Origin: a virus
IMG/VR virus record: IMGVR_UViG_3300025280_000024
Coordinates: 1 to 64,000 of that record
Reading direction: 5' to 3' (one strand)
Length of the DNA stretch: 64,000 nucleotides
Shown: one piece after another, positions 35,500-45,635 of the stretch
Layout: each line of letters begins with the position of its first letter
Numbering within the stretch: the stretch's first letter is position 1
The notes under the pieces: model-generated
Told to the model about the DNA's origin: nothing
Databases searched by the model: none
What the model saw: only the letters and a program-made list of their open reading frames with translations
Made by a program: the position numbers and the translations under genes

Positions 35500-36902
35500 T
35501 CTTCTTCCTCTTCCTTGTTTAATTTGTATTTTACTGTATTGTCGGATTTTAGTTTGCTCCCGACGTATTCTTTGTATTTCTCTCTCAACATGTCTTTTCT
35601 CTGCGATTGCGACAGGCTTTCGCGAAACTCTTCCTGTCCTAAAACATCAATACTTACATTAGCGGGATCCATAGACACAGAATAGACCAACCCATCTGGG
35701 CCAAATCGATTCTTGGCTATAAAGAATCTTCCTTTGTTTTTGGCTTTATCAGCCATTGTTCTGGAGAGTGAAAAGATGAAATCCGCAACAAAACACTTGG
35801 CGAACGCCTCCGAGATAGAATTCATTGTAATAATTTCTTGATTCAATCCTTGCCTGTTCGTTTGAGACACCGACCAAAGAGGGCAGACAAAATTTTGTGC
35901 TAGTCCTCTAAGCTCTTCATAAATAGACTCCAGTTCTCTTCTTTTCTCATTATATCTCGACATTGGGGCAAGTAAATCTGCATAGTCAACAATAATCATA
36001 TCGACATTGTTACCTTTCTTGATTATTCTCTCTAGATGATTTTTTATTGTTTTCGTTGTGGCCTTTTTTGTAGGATATTCCTTGATAATCAAGTTGCCGG
36101 GAACATTTTTAATGATTTGATAGACATCATCTTTTCTCTCTCTCAAATCGTTGATTGGGATACCAGAAATGCAACTATCATATCGAGATCCAATGACCGT
36201 ATCGGCAAGTTCTAGTGTATAATGAACCACGTTTTTGCCGGCCTGGAGAGCTTTAGCCCCTAGATGAACCAGCAACATACTTTTGCCCGTGCCGGATGGC
36301 GCAATACCTATCCCAAGTTCTCCTTGACCCAAACCGCCATCACAAATATCATCAATGTCTGACCACCCAGTTGAAATTGCGTTTCTTGTTTTGATCTCAA
36401 ATCTTTTTTCAAAGTCGTTGATCCAGTCGTATCCAAAGTTGGTGTCAGTGCCGAGCTTCAGAGCTTCATTGATGACATGACTGATTTCATCGAACGATGA
36501 TTTTTGAAGAAGAGAAATAGATTTGATCATTGCTTCTTTAAGTTTCTGTCTTTTCGCAAAGTCCAACGCTGTCTCTTTAACAAAATCAGCATCCTCTACA
36601 TGCGACTTATATATTCTAACAAGAAACGTATGCACTTGTTTAATTAAAACTTCGTTTTCGTCCTGAAAGCTTGTTCGAAAAATGGTTGTGATTGCATCGT
36701 GAGTAGGATGTAGTTTATACTTCTCTTTATATTTAAAAATCTCTTCAACAATCAAACGAAGATATTGCACATCAAAATATGTTTCATCCAAAACCTCTTC
36801 AATTCGATCAGCAAATGATCGATCTTCCAAAATTATCTGGACCAACTTTTGTTGAAAGGTAATACCAAAATTTTTAAATGTGGTTTTATTCTCCGTGGTC
36901 AC
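35496..36902 (-). CDS. replicative DnaB/gp41-like helicase
   Basis: APSGTGKS, YTLEL, IIVDYADLL, SQTNR and KNRFG motifs. Confidence 0.93.
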   Translation of the reverse strand: MTTENKTTFKNFGITFQQKLVQIILEDRSFADRIEEVLDETYFDVQYLRLIVEEIFKYKEKYKLHPTHDAITTIFRTSFQDENEVLIKQVHTFLVRIYKSHVEDADFVKETALDFAKRQKLKEAMIKSISLLQKSSFDEISHVINEALKLGTDTNFGYDWINDFEKRFEIKTRNAISTGWSDIDDICDGGLGQGELGIGIAPSGTGKSMLLVHLGAKALQAGKNVVHYTLELADTVIGSRYDSCISGIPINDLRERKDDVYQIIKNVPGNLIIKEYPTKKATTKTIKNHLERIIKKGNNVDMIIVDYADLLAPMSRYNEKRRELESIYEELRGLAQNFVCPLWSVSQTNRQGLNQEIITMNSISEAFAKCFVADFIFSLSRTMADKAKNKGRFFIAKNRFGPDGLVYSVSMDPANVSIDVLGQEEFRESLSQSQRKDMLREKYKEYVGSKLKSDNTVKYKLNKEEEEE

Positions 36903-37848
36903 TTATGATCCTGTTGAAGTTTTGAAAAAGATTTTCAAAGTTATACTCTCCGAACCCGTCTTTCGTGGACATTCTCAGGAATTCTGTTTTGTTGAACTCT
37001 GGAATGAATCCTCCAACTGTCTCTTTGACATATCGTCTGCTTTGAGGAGAAATCGTTGATGTATATAACTGCATCAGCTTATAATTTTCCTCCAAAAGAT
37101 CTATATTGTCTAACACGCGATCGTAAACCTTTAGTTTGGCTTCTTGTTGCTTGCAGTACTTTATCAGATCATCAATCAGATATGATTTTTCTTCTTTCAA
37201 AAACGGAAACCGTTTTGCTACTGTTGGCAAACCAATTGTTGGAATACCAGAAATATTGTCACTGCGATCTCCGACCATCGCTCTGGCCAAGGTAAAATTG
37301 TTTGGATGAATGCCAAACTTCTCGACAATATTGTTCTTGTTTAAAGTTTCTTTCTGAATTGGTCGATGTAACACGGTGTCTTCACTGAGAAGCTGAAAGA
37401 AGTCCTTATCACTGGACACTATCACTTTCTGAAGACCCGAATAAACATTCGACATACACAAGTATCCAATAATATCGTCTGCTTCTACATTGTCGATCAT
37501 CAATTGAATCACAGGCATCTGATTGAAGAATTCTGAAACTCTGGTCAATTGCCAAATCTTGTTTTGAAGTTCTTCGTTCTCTGAAAGATTGCGAATACTT
37601 CGATTAAGCCGAATAGGTTTTCGGCCGGCCTTGTAGTCTTTTTTTAATGTTTTTCTTTTCTTGGATCCTCCGATTCCATCCCAACAAATAACAATTTCAT
37701 GTGGTCTGGATTCTCGAACCAACTTTTGTAATGACTTGATGCTTCCCTTTAAACCTCCAATGGGTTGACCATTGGAAGAAAGAGAGGGATCGACAATATA
37801 GTTTCTCAAAAACAAATTGAGATAGTCAATGATTAATACTCTTTTCAT
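36886..37848 (-). CDS. 5'-3' exonuclease / flap endonuclease (T4 RNase H-like)
   Basis: LIID, WDG, YKAGR, EADD, SSDKD and GDRSDNISG motifs; start at MKRVLIID. Confidence 0.93.
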   Translation of the reverse strand: MKRVLIIDYLNLFLRNYIVDPSLSSNGQPIGGLKGSIKSLQKLVRESRPHEIVICWDGIGGSKKRKTLKKDYKAGRKPIRLNRSIRNLSENEELQNKIWQLTRVSEFFNQMPVIQLMIDNVEADDIIGYLCMSNVYSGLQKVIVSSDKDFFQLLSEDTVLHRPIQKETLNKNNIVEKFGIHPNNFTLARAMVGDRSDNISGIPTIGLPTVAKRFPFLKEEKSYLIDDLIKYCKQQEAKLKVYDRVLDNIDLLEENYKLMQLYTSTISPQSRRYVKETVGGFIPEFNKTEFLRMSTKDGFGEYNFENLFQNFNRIISDHGE

Positions 37849-37861
37849 GTTTACCTTTGAT

Positions 37862-37906
37862 AAAAAAGCCCTCATCTAGTATACCAGATGAGGGCCTATA
37901 AGTCAA
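37862..37906 (-). terminator. intrinsic terminator after recA, overlapping a sigma70 promoter
   Basis: 10-bp stem GCCCTCATCT/AGATGAGGGC plus a T6 tail; TTGACT(37906-37901)-17-TATACT(37883-37878). Confidence 0.75.
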
Positions 37907-37920
37907 TAGTTATTTATTAA

Positions 37921-39042
37921 TTATTCACTGTCATAAAATTGAGAAGCATCACCCTCTCTTTTGTCGAACTTATGAATAATCTCTTCATCAATAATTTGAA
38001 GAACTTGTTTCTTGAATTCCGGTTCAATAATCTTCTCTGGCCATCTGCTAGGTTGAAACTTTACAGCCTCACCATTATCATATTCCAGAGTATACCAAGA
38101 ACCAGCAGTCGTCACTCGATCAGAGTTTTTGATTGCATCAAGTAAACTTTCATCATCCATAATGCCAACGTCGGTACCACCCCACAAAATTTTGAAGTTA
38201 CATGTACGCCCCTGTGAGCCAAACCTTGACTTCTCAAGTTTTGCTTTGACTTCCGAACCAACACGGAATCCGTTATCATCAGTTACAAAAGATGATTTTG
38301 CCTTTCTGCCTGTGAGCCAGATACGCAGGGAATATGCATATGCTACTGCTTTTCCGCCAGGAGTTACATAAGGTGTCGTCATCGCCACAACATGAGCATT
38401 GATACCAGTCGGAATGTTGGTCTTCAACTGGTTCAAGATCAAAAGCGCTGATCTTGAGTTTGCAATCGGGACTGTCAGTTTCGACATTCCCTTTGCCAAG
38501 ATTCTTGCTTTCAACGCTACGCTTGATTGAGGATTGAAATCTCCTTCAAGATCCGAGATAGCAGGGGTGTTTGCCAAGCTGTCCCAAATAAACAACATTT
38601 TGTTTTCATTGGATTCAAGCAGTGTTTCAATTGTCTCTAAAACAAATTCCACACTAGTTGCCTGAATATATAACAGTTTTGACAAATCACACCCTGCTGC
38701 CTCGATGAAGGTAGGATCCATGGCTGACTCTGAATCAAAGTAGACAACATCAATACCCATTTTTTGAGCATTGCTAGCAATTTGTACAGCCATGTACGAT
38801 TTACCAGTTGACTCTAAACCAGCGATCTCCGTGATCTTTCCGACAGGTATGCCGGCGAGCCGGCCTTTGGCTATGATACTATCAAGCCATCTTGAGCCGG
38901 TAGGAATCCATTCCTTAACTAAGGTGGGACAATCTTCATCCTTGAGATCGTGGGCTACTTCCATACCTGCCTTTTTGTTGATGATCGAGCGTAGATCTTC
39001 TATCGATAGTTTGCCAACTTTGGTGCTCTTTCGTTTGGCCAT
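37921..39042 (-). CDS. recA: RecA/UvsX recombinase
   Basis: IPTGS, GLESTGKS, DSE, IWDS, NQL and TPGG motifs. Confidence 0.93.
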   Translation of the reverse strand: MAKRKSTKVGKLSIEDLRSIINKKAGMEVAHDLKDEDCPTLVKEWIPTGSRWLDSIIAKGRLAGIPVGKITEIAGLESTGKSYMAVQIASNAQKMGIDVVYFDSESAMDPTFIEAAGCDLSKLLYIQATSVEFVLETIETLLESNENKMLFIWDSLANTPAISDLEGDFNPQSSVALKARILAKGMSKLTVPIANSRSALLILNQLKTNIPTGINAHVVAMTTPYVTPGGKAVAYAYSLRIWLTGRKAKSSFVTDDNGFRVGSEVKAKLEKSRFGSQGRTCNFKILWGGTDVGIMDDESLLDAIKNSDRVTTAGSWYTLEYDNGEAVKFQPSRWPEKIIEPEFKKQVLQIIDEEIIHKFDKREGDASQFYDSE

Positions 39043-39062
39043 TGGATCCTCCTACAAGTGTG

Positions 39063-39797
39063 TTAAGCGTTAAGCAGTTCGTTGAATGAACTTTCGATTG
39101 AAGAATCTCCAGAATTCGAATCTGCAGCAGAATTAGCAGGATTGTCGACAATGAGGAATTGGTCGAGAGTTTCCTGAACTTCCGCAGAAGACTTGCGCTC
39201 AAAAAGCGCACCAAAGTCTGGAATGTTATCAATTGCAGCCTTGATCTGGTCTTTATCATCGAAGAGTGCTGTCTTATGCGGACGGACTCGAATTTCTGTC
39301 ATGGGGAATCGACGACCAGCAGGCTTGCTATAAATAAGTCGAATGTCGTTTCCTTCCATAACATCAGTGATATCACCATAATCTGGATCAAACACCAGGT
39401 TGAGCAACTGTTCATACACAGTTTTGCTATAACCCCAAACCTTCGGGGTATCATGTTGTTCACGGATAATTACAGGTGAGAAGAATCGTTGCTTTGCGAA
39501 AAGCTTTTTGGCTTCTTCGCCGGCATCTGCGTCTCCGTTGGTATGAGAATTCCACAGTTGTGAAGCAAAAGAACAAACAGGGCATTCATCCCCAAAGTTA
39601 CGCTTCGGACAGAGAAATCCCCGAGCCTCTCCCACGCCATAGTGAAACCAGTAATCCTTAAAAGGATCACCGTCTTCCATGGGAACAATACGAATGACTT
39701 GTTCACCCTCTTCGGGTTTCCAAAAGTCATTGCCATTCCCGCCTCTGCCCTGTAGAGAAGCTTGTCGTTGTTTCATTTTTTCTAGGTCTAGTGCCAT
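39063..39797 (-). CDS. single-stranded DNA-binding protein (gp32-like)
   Basis: IRIVP, H..., C...CPVC Zn motif, DYGDITD and an acidic C-terminal tail; adjacent to recA. Confidence 0.82.
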   Translation of the reverse strand: MALDLEKMKQRQASLQGRGGNGNDFWKPEEGEQVIRIVPMEDGDPFKDYWFHYGVGEARGFLCPKRNFGDECPVCSFASQLWNSHTNGDADAGEEAKKLFAKQRFFSPVIIREQHDTPKVWGYSKTVYEQLLNLVFDPDYGDITDVMEGNDIRLIYSKPAGRRFPMTEIRVRPHKTALFDDKDQIKAAIDNIPDFGALFERKSSAEVQETLDQFLIVDNPANSAADSNSGDSSIESSFNELLNA

Positions 39798-39823
39798 TGA
39801 TTCCTCCTTAATTGGTAGTCACT

Positions 39824-39852
39824 ATTATAACAGTTCTCTTCACAATTGTAAA
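39824..39852 (-). promoter_or_regulatory. sigma70-type promoter for ssb
   Basis: TTTACA-17-TATAAT. A second promoter, TTGACA-17-TATTAT, lies at 40063-40035 inside the upstream gene. Confidence 0.7.
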
Positions 39853-40685
39853 GCCTTTTTTTCTGTTTCTCGAAGTTGGATCAAAGAGGAATGCGCAACA
39901 CAATACACATAATCTTCATCATATTTGGTCGAATATATACCATATGACGTTTTGATATCGTGATTTTCGATGTTGTCAGTTATCATCTTGAACAATGCCG
40001 TATCTGTCTTGAGCCTTTCATCATTGATACCATAATAATACACCATTTCACGCACGTTGTCAAGTAAAAAAAACATTTTTTGTTCGTTTTTTAGAGAAGA
40101 AATTCCAAAGGTCGATATTCTTGCTATTTCGTGCGGTTCAGAGAAATTTCCTACAATAAAATCAGAATGATTGAAAACATTAATCATATGAATAGTGGAA
40201 ACAATCAGTTCATTCAATTTATCATAGTATCCCATGACGGCGACACCACCTAAAATTTCTTCAAGACAAGGGTTTGAAACCAAATACAATCGCTTAATCA
40301 GACCAGACCTAGCATATTCCTGCAATACATAATAAACCAGTCTTTCTTGCTGCCTCTTTTTCTCTCCCAAAAGCGCGATATTCGGCTGAATATACAGCAC
40401 ATTAGCCTGATGAGACCCGAGTTGCTCAAGCAGTCGTAAAGCCCCTCCACTGACGTTTCCTGACCCTCCCAGGATAAACAGTATATCAGTATCTATCTTA
40501 TTGAAAACGTTTGTATAGTCGCTTAGATGGTCCTCGTACTCTTCCGGTGTTTCAAAACGAGGCAGAAAATAACAATTCTCTCCATAGATGTCGACGTCGA
40601 ATTTTATGATTTTATACTGAGGGTGCTTTGCGAATCTGTCTGCTATGTTGCAGCCGGCAGATCCCAGACCAATTATAGTTTCCAT
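39840..40685 (-). CDS. tubulin/FtsZ-like (PhuZ-like) protein, divergent
   Basis: IIGLGSAGCNIA (T1 loop) and ILGGSGNVSGG (variant T4 loop); also QP...E and LVSN. Confidence 0.75.
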   Translation of the reverse strand: METIIGLGSAGCNIADRFAKHPQYKIIKFDVDIYGENCYFLPRFETPEEYEDHLSDYTNVFNKIDTDILFILGGSGNVSGGALRLLEQLGSHQANVLYIQPNIALLGEKKRQQERLVYYVLQEYARSGLIKRLYLVSNPCLEEILGGVAVMGYYDKLNELIVSTIHMINVFNHSDFIVGNFSEPHEIARISTFGISSLKNEQKMFFLLDNVREMVYYYGINDERLKTDTALFKMITDNIENHDIKTSYGIYSTKYDEDYVYCVAHSSLIQLRETEKKALQL

Positions 40686-41710
40686 TCTTTCATCTCTCCA
40701 TAGTTTTTGCCGATCTTCACTAAGATCGGAAAATCTCCAAAAATTGTCTGAGAAAAATTTTCGCGAATCTCGTTTATTTGATTTAGATCTCGTTTGTCGA
40801 AATCAATGACCAAACTGTCATGTATTAAGAATGCTATATTTGATCTCTCAAGAAACTTATGAAGTTTGACTGCTTGTTGCATAAACAGGTCGCTGGCAGT
40901 GCTCTGTACGATATAATTGAAGGCATGGTAATCATCTGATTCTATCTTTCTGTTGAAGATCGTCTTGACTTCGCCATTGGAATAAAAGCGTTCCTTTATT
41001 TTGCCTCGATCATAATAACGGTTCGTTAATTTGTCTTCTGAGTTGGGGTTATAGAGCCACGCAAACACTCTCTTCTTGGCCTCTTCTCTTGTCCCTAGGC
41101 CTCGGTATATATTCTCGACGTTCCACTCGTGTAGGTCCATTGAGGGCTGCTCCTGGCCCATTAGAGCCAGCAAAACCCGAAGCTCAAAAGCATTGAAATC
41201 CATTTCCAAGAAGCAGTCCTTTTGGGGCTGAATAATTGAACGATATTCTTTGTTCAAAGTCAATATAGGAAAGCTGCCTGGTTTGGTCGTGAGTCTCCCT
41301 GTTTTGGTTCCGAACATATTATAATTGACAATTGGACTGGTTTTTCTAATCTTCTGCAAAAACTCACGATTGCTTGGTGTAAATTTTACGCGTGTTGCGT
41401 CAATTTGAAGCTCTTGCTGTTTTATATCACCGATAAGTCTGTCGAGATCACATAAAAAATCATAATTCTTTGGTTTTTCACAGTTTTTCAAAACGTGATC
41501 CTGAATTTGATCCTTTACTTCTTGATATTTAATGTATAACTTCTCTGGAAGGATATCTTGAATAGAAAATTCATTTAGAGACAGCTTTGCCTCTATGAAT
41601 GCTCTCTGATGGGCAGAAATTTCATCAGAGAGGCTCTGCCATTTGTTTTTCAGTTCTTCCGGACAAAATTCCGTAGGTTGCCTGCCCCGACAATATAGAT
41701 TAAGCTGCAT
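40673..41710 (-). CDS. family A DNA polymerase, polymerase domain only
   Basis: TKTGRLT, motif A DFNAFELR, motif B REEAK..F..LY, NYIVQSTASD and motif C IHDS. Confidence 0.85.
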   Translation of the reverse strand: MQLNLYCRGRQPTEFCPEELKNKWQSLSDEISAHQRAFIEAKLSLNEFSIQDILPEKLYIKYQEVKDQIQDHVLKNCEKPKNYDFLCDLDRLIGDIKQQELQIDATRVKFTPSNREFLQKIRKTSPIVNYNMFGTKTGRLTTKPGSFPILTLNKEYRSIIQPQKDCFLEMDFNAFELRVLLALMGQEQPSMDLHEWNVENIYRGLGTREEAKKRVFAWLYNPNSEDKLTNRYYDRGKIKERFYSNGEVKTIFNRKIESDDYHAFNYIVQSTASDLFMQQAVKLHKFLERSNIAFLIHDSLVIDFDKRDLNQINEIRENFSQTIFGDFPILVKIGKNYGEMKEWKL

Positions 41711-41718
41711 TCACCCTC

Positions 41719-42879
41719 TTACACAGTTGGAACCAGTTGTCCCAAAAACTTACTATTAATATACACTATTGCTCTGCGAATGTCAAGGTATTTCCGAATA
41801 TTTTTTGCTCTTTCTACAACTCTGTCAAAATCCAGCTTATTTAGCTTGTCAACCACCTCACTTTGTCTAATTTTGGCATACAACCAGATCCAATAATCAG
41901 TATTGTATCTTCTTTCATATTCTGCATCAGTTAACACAGATCGATTCAACGTTGTATCATCTTGAAACCTGATTGTAGGCCGAGAAGAAATAAAAGAATT
42001 ATAAAACTGCCTAAAATAAATCCTCAAAGCTGGAATGTCGTATAAATAAGATTTAATATAATATTGTCTATGTAAATTGTCTGGTGAGGCTCCATATCTA
42101 CTCATATACTGTTGCATATATTGAGAATCCAAGTCTGCAACCAGTCGCCATGGCGCATTTTTATCAACAAAAAAACCATTCTTTTCTGCTGCATCTAAAT
42201 AACCATAATAAAACTTACTTTTAAAAATATCGTTGTGCTTATTAAAATCAACAGAATAATCTTCAAGTGCAAACTCAACACAAAGCCCAGAAATATTTGG
42301 CGTACACCATAAGTTGGATATAATGCCGGTTCTAGTCATTGGAGACATGGTACCAACCAGATCAAAAAATTCTAAAAACTTTTCTACAAAATCACCAAAA
42401 GACACCACTTGTTCCGATCGAGTTGAATTATTTCGAAGATACTGATCAACAAACGCTTTATATGTGTTTGAAACTTGGTTGTGAAACATTACATTAACGC
42501 TGGTCCAACCTTTCTTTGGTATAAGCTCTGTAGGAGAAAGGTATTTTTCTTTCAAAAACTCAGGATCGTTTCGATATTTCAAAGTAAATGTATCAATAAA
42601 ATTATCATATGCATCAACAACAAAATTTAATGCATAAACTCCTTCACTACCTCTAAATTCTTTAAAGTTGGTTTCTGTGGGATATATAGAATTTCCCCGA
42701 GAATCAATTCTTCCATATAAAGTTTGTTTATACCAGAAATCAATTGTGTTCTTTTTCTCACTATGTGAAAGTTTATATAGACTTCGTTGTTTATATAGAT
42801 CTTTAGATTTTAATTCATTTGTTCCTAATGGAATCTGCTGCCGTTTAAGCATTTGTAATATTGAATTTCGACTTGCCAT
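41719..42879 (-). CDS. hypothetical protein (possible baseplate-associated)
   Basis: 386 aa, at the end of the tail/baseplate operon. Confidence 0.7.
   Translation of the reverse strand: MASRNSILQMLKRQQIPLGTNELKSKDLYKQRSLYKLSHSEKKNTIDFWYKQTLYGRIDSRGNSIYPTETNFKEFRGSEGVYALNFVVDAYDNFIDTFTLKYRNDPEFLKEKYLSPTELIPKKGWTSVNVMFHNQVSNTYKAFVDQYLRNNSTRSEQVVSFGDFVEKFLEFFDLVGTMSPMTRTGIISNLWCTPNISGLCVEFALEDYSVDFNKHNDIFKSKFYYGYLDAAEKNGFFVDKNAPWRLVADLDSQYMQQYMSRYGASPDNLHRQYYIKSYLYDIPALRIYFRQFYNSFISSRPTIRFQDDTTLNRSVLTDAEYERRYNTDYWIWLYAKIRQSEVVDKLNKLDFDRVVERAKNIRKYLDIRRAIVYINSKFLGQLVPTV
41758..41786 (-). promoter_or_regulatory. sigma70-type promoter for the polA-tubulin operon
   Basis: TTGACA-17-TATATT within the 3' end of the upstream CDS. 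Confidence 0.65.
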
Positions 42880-42898
42880 ATTAATGTATCATGGTTCC

Positions 42899-45634
42899 CT
42901 AACGATCGGTGCAGGGATTCGCTTGGTCATCAAAACAACCTGGCTCGCCGGCACCAACCCACAAAGTATTTAGTATTGTTTCATAAGTATTATCACTTAT
43001 TGCACTATCAACAGTAATAATTTGATGATATCCACCTATTCCCAAGACAGATGACAAATGTGTTGCAAAGCCCGGAGATTGTAGTCCAACAACAGTGGGA
43101 TTAAGATAAATTAATTGGCCGGGTTGAAAAAGGCCGTTTCCAAACAGTGTTATGTCGGCATTATATTTATCTCGCAATTGTCCCAATCCAATCGATCCCT
43201 CTCTTTCCATTCTTGCTTCGCGCATTCCAGGTTGATCATCTTTTTTGAATTTGATACTTTTTACTATGCCCCGGGGGTTTCCGATGTTTAACCAATATAT
43301 TCCTTCTTGTGCGTCCCATGTGGGGGATTCTGGATCCATAGCATTACGACCAGCAGAATTAAAATTGTTCGCTTGTAGAATGAGATAGTGAAACAGTTTA
43401 CGATCAGAAAGACGACCGTTATAAGTCGCTATTGGTACGATGTCTTGATCAAATACTCTCGGCATTCGGTTATCCCACCGACCCTGATCATCCCGGTCGA
43501 CGTCGGGGCCCGATCCAGGACGAACACGATTTTCATTGTTTTCATCTCCATAAGCACTAACGTGTAATATATCAATATTTGGTCGAACAACTCTAGAACG
43601 TTCAGCACATTCCGTGCCCATGGATGGGTATATCAAATAAGAAAAAAGTTCTTGTAAAAATGTTCTAAAGGTCCACTCAGTTCTATTTCTGGCAATAACC
43701 CTGTCAGTAAAAAACTGAAAAAATAAATTCAAAGATATTGGTAAATCAGCCATATTCATCAACGCTGTTGGGGCTGCTAAGGCGAAGGCTTCTCGATCAG
43801 CCTCTCGGACTTCGGCGCCGAACCGCCATGGCCGTTCGGGTGCGGCCCGAAACTTTGGCAAGTGCAAAAAAATAGTACCAAGCAGCATATTAATATCTCC
43901 AAATTCTTGAGGATTGCCATCTCTTTTGAGAATATTTAAAGCAACATCTAACAAATCTCCCAAATAAAAATAATAAATTCTTTTTTGATCGTCACCAATT
44001 GTCGGCGTCTCGAAACCGGCGGGCTCTCCGGCGTCGTCATCAGCTAACGCCTCAGCCATGGCCGCGTTATAGGTAGCGGTGCGTTCGAACCCGGCAGCTG
44101 CGCCGCGCCCTCTTTGAATCTGGAATGTCTGATTATCTAAACCTCTTTGGTACCTAGAAAATGCGCTGCGGACGGTGCCGGGCTCGTCGGAGAAAATAGC
44201 GTCCGGTACATCAACATAAAAAATTCCGGTGCCGCCTCTCAGATTAATCAATCCCCTAAGAAATCTGGAGTATGTCTCAGACACTATTCTATTTCTTAAG
44301 CTGTTGACCGCGACTAGATCTGCTTCTACTAATTGTTCGATATCGAGCCCAATTCCGAACCAACCCCCAATACCGGTTTCTTCACTTACGCGTACGCGTT
44401 CGGGGTCTTCTTCACAGTCGGATTCTGTTGACATATCGGGCGTGGGGCCCGATTCGCCTGCAGCTGCAGCGTCTTCGTCGTCGATTCGAACGGCTTGTAG
44501 TTCGTTTTGTAAATTTATCAATTCGCTATCCAACAAAGCCAACAAATCATTTGCGCTAAGTCTGGGAATATCGGTGGAGTCGAGACCGGCGTCGACGAGT
44601 ATTCTGAAGACTGGGTGGGCCGGGTTCAGTATGCGGACGCCTCCGGAATATTCATCGGTGTCGGCTTGCAACAAATTACTGGCCGGCCCTGTTAACATAC
44701 TTTCAACTGCAGCATGATATTCTAAATCTAATTCAATTGTTCCGTCTTCTCTAAAATCAATAGAATGACTCAACAAACTCAAAAGCAAAGTTGTGCCAAC
44801 AGAATTAATTTTATCAGCCAACCGAGCAGTAAATAATTTACCAGGGCCTATTATGTTTTTATCAACAGTCCACCCAAGAACAACTTTGATTCGATAGTAT
44901 CTCTCGTTAAAATCGCCGGTCTCGCCACCAAACTTTTGAGAACGAAAAATTAAATCTAAATAGTTTGCCTCATCATAAGGCAACGCGGCATCTAGATTCT
45001 GATTTCTTTGACACAGAGTAAAAGTTTCCAAAGATTCAGCACTAATCAAATCTTTGAAATTTTGAAAATATAATTTTAAATTTGCTTTAATATTGTTATC
45101 AACTTCTGCAGTGTTTGTACCCAATAATTCCCACTCAAAACTTTTTAATGCGACACCGCTGCCGCGGCCGGCGCGATTCTGCGTCATCTCTTTAATATTC
45201 TCTGGATCATAAGATCCATCAAAAATAAATTCAACATCTTTAGATGGACCGTCTTCACCTTCAAGGTATACCATTTTAAAAATTCTAATTTTTGGCATTA
45301 CAGCCGACATTTGATCTGGTCGAAGATTAAAAAACTCGGCCAATCCCTCATCTGTAACCAACCGACCAATCAACGAACTTGGATTCGATGTCATGACACA
45401 AGTAAAATTCTCATACATTTTTGATCCGCTAGCAAGATTAAAATCCTCGATTTCGATATTCCGCACACGGCGGAATTCCTCGCGAATTCGCTTTAACATC
45501 ACTTCTTCGGAATCAGGTTGATTCCACTCGCTTCCCGCTTCTTTGTTAGCTTCTGCAAAAAGATCGACAAACGAAGACAAAAAACACTGTTCCCGAGATC
45601 TTGCGTCGTTTCCACTTATAAAACTCCGAGCCAT
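42899..45634 (-). CDS. putative baseplate hub protein
   Basis: Follows the LysM-type wedge gene; C-terminal ITLFGN.LFQPGQLIY...GGYH.I..V hub-like motif. Confidence 0.65.
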   Translation of the reverse strand: MARSFISGNDARSREQCFLSSFVDLFAEANKEAGSEWNQPDSEEVMLKRIREEFRRVRNIEIEDFNLASGSKMYENFTCVMTSNPSSLIGRLVTDEGLAEFFNLRPDQMSAVMPKIRIFKMVYLEGEDGPSKDVEFIFDGSYDPENIKEMTQNRAGRGSGVALKSFEWELLGTNTAEVDNNIKANLKLYFQNFKDLISAESLETFTLCQRNQNLDAALPYDEANYLDLIFRSQKFGGETGDFNERYYRIKVVLGWTVDKNIIGPGKLFTARLADKINSVGTTLLLSLLSHSIDFREDGTIELDLEYHAAVESMLTGPASNLLQADTDEYSGGVRILNPAHPVFRILVDAGLDSTDIPRLSANDLLALLDSELINLQNELQAVRIDDEDAAAAGESGPTPDMSTESDCEEDPERVRVSEETGIGGWFGIGLDIEQLVEADLVAVNSLRNRIVSETYSRFLRGLINLRGGTGIFYVDVPDAIFSDEPGTVRSAFSRYQRGLDNQTFQIQRGRGAAAGFERTATYNAAMAEALADDDAGEPAGFETPTIGDDQKRIYYFYLGDLLDVALNILKRDGNPQEFGDINMLLGTIFLHLPKFRAAPERPWRFGAEVREADREAFALAAPTALMNMADLPISLNLFFQFFTDRVIARNRTEWTFRTFLQELFSYLIYPSMGTECAERSRVVRPNIDILHVSAYGDENNENRVRPGSGPDVDRDDQGRWDNRMPRVFDQDIVPIATYNGRLSDRKLFHYLILQANNFNSAGRNAMDPESPTWDAQEGIYWLNIGNPRGIVKSIKFKKDDQPGMREARMEREGSIGLGQLRDKYNADITLFGNGLFQPGQLIYLNPTVVGLQSPGFATHLSSVLGIGGYHQIITVDSAISDNTYETILNTLWVGAGEPGCFDDQANPCTDR

Positions 45635-45635
45635 A

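Noticed and set aside
17534-39042. Bacterial chromosome or prophage origin of groEL, dnaE, recA and the guaB-like gene
   Set aside because: These genes are divergent, tightly packed among phage genes and contiguous with a T4-like virion module. No integrase or att site was seen.
39840-40685. Nucleus-forming (chimallin) phage call
   Set aside because: A tubulin-like gene alone is insufficient. No chimallin or multisubunit phage RNAP is recognisable, and the promoters are host sigma70-type.
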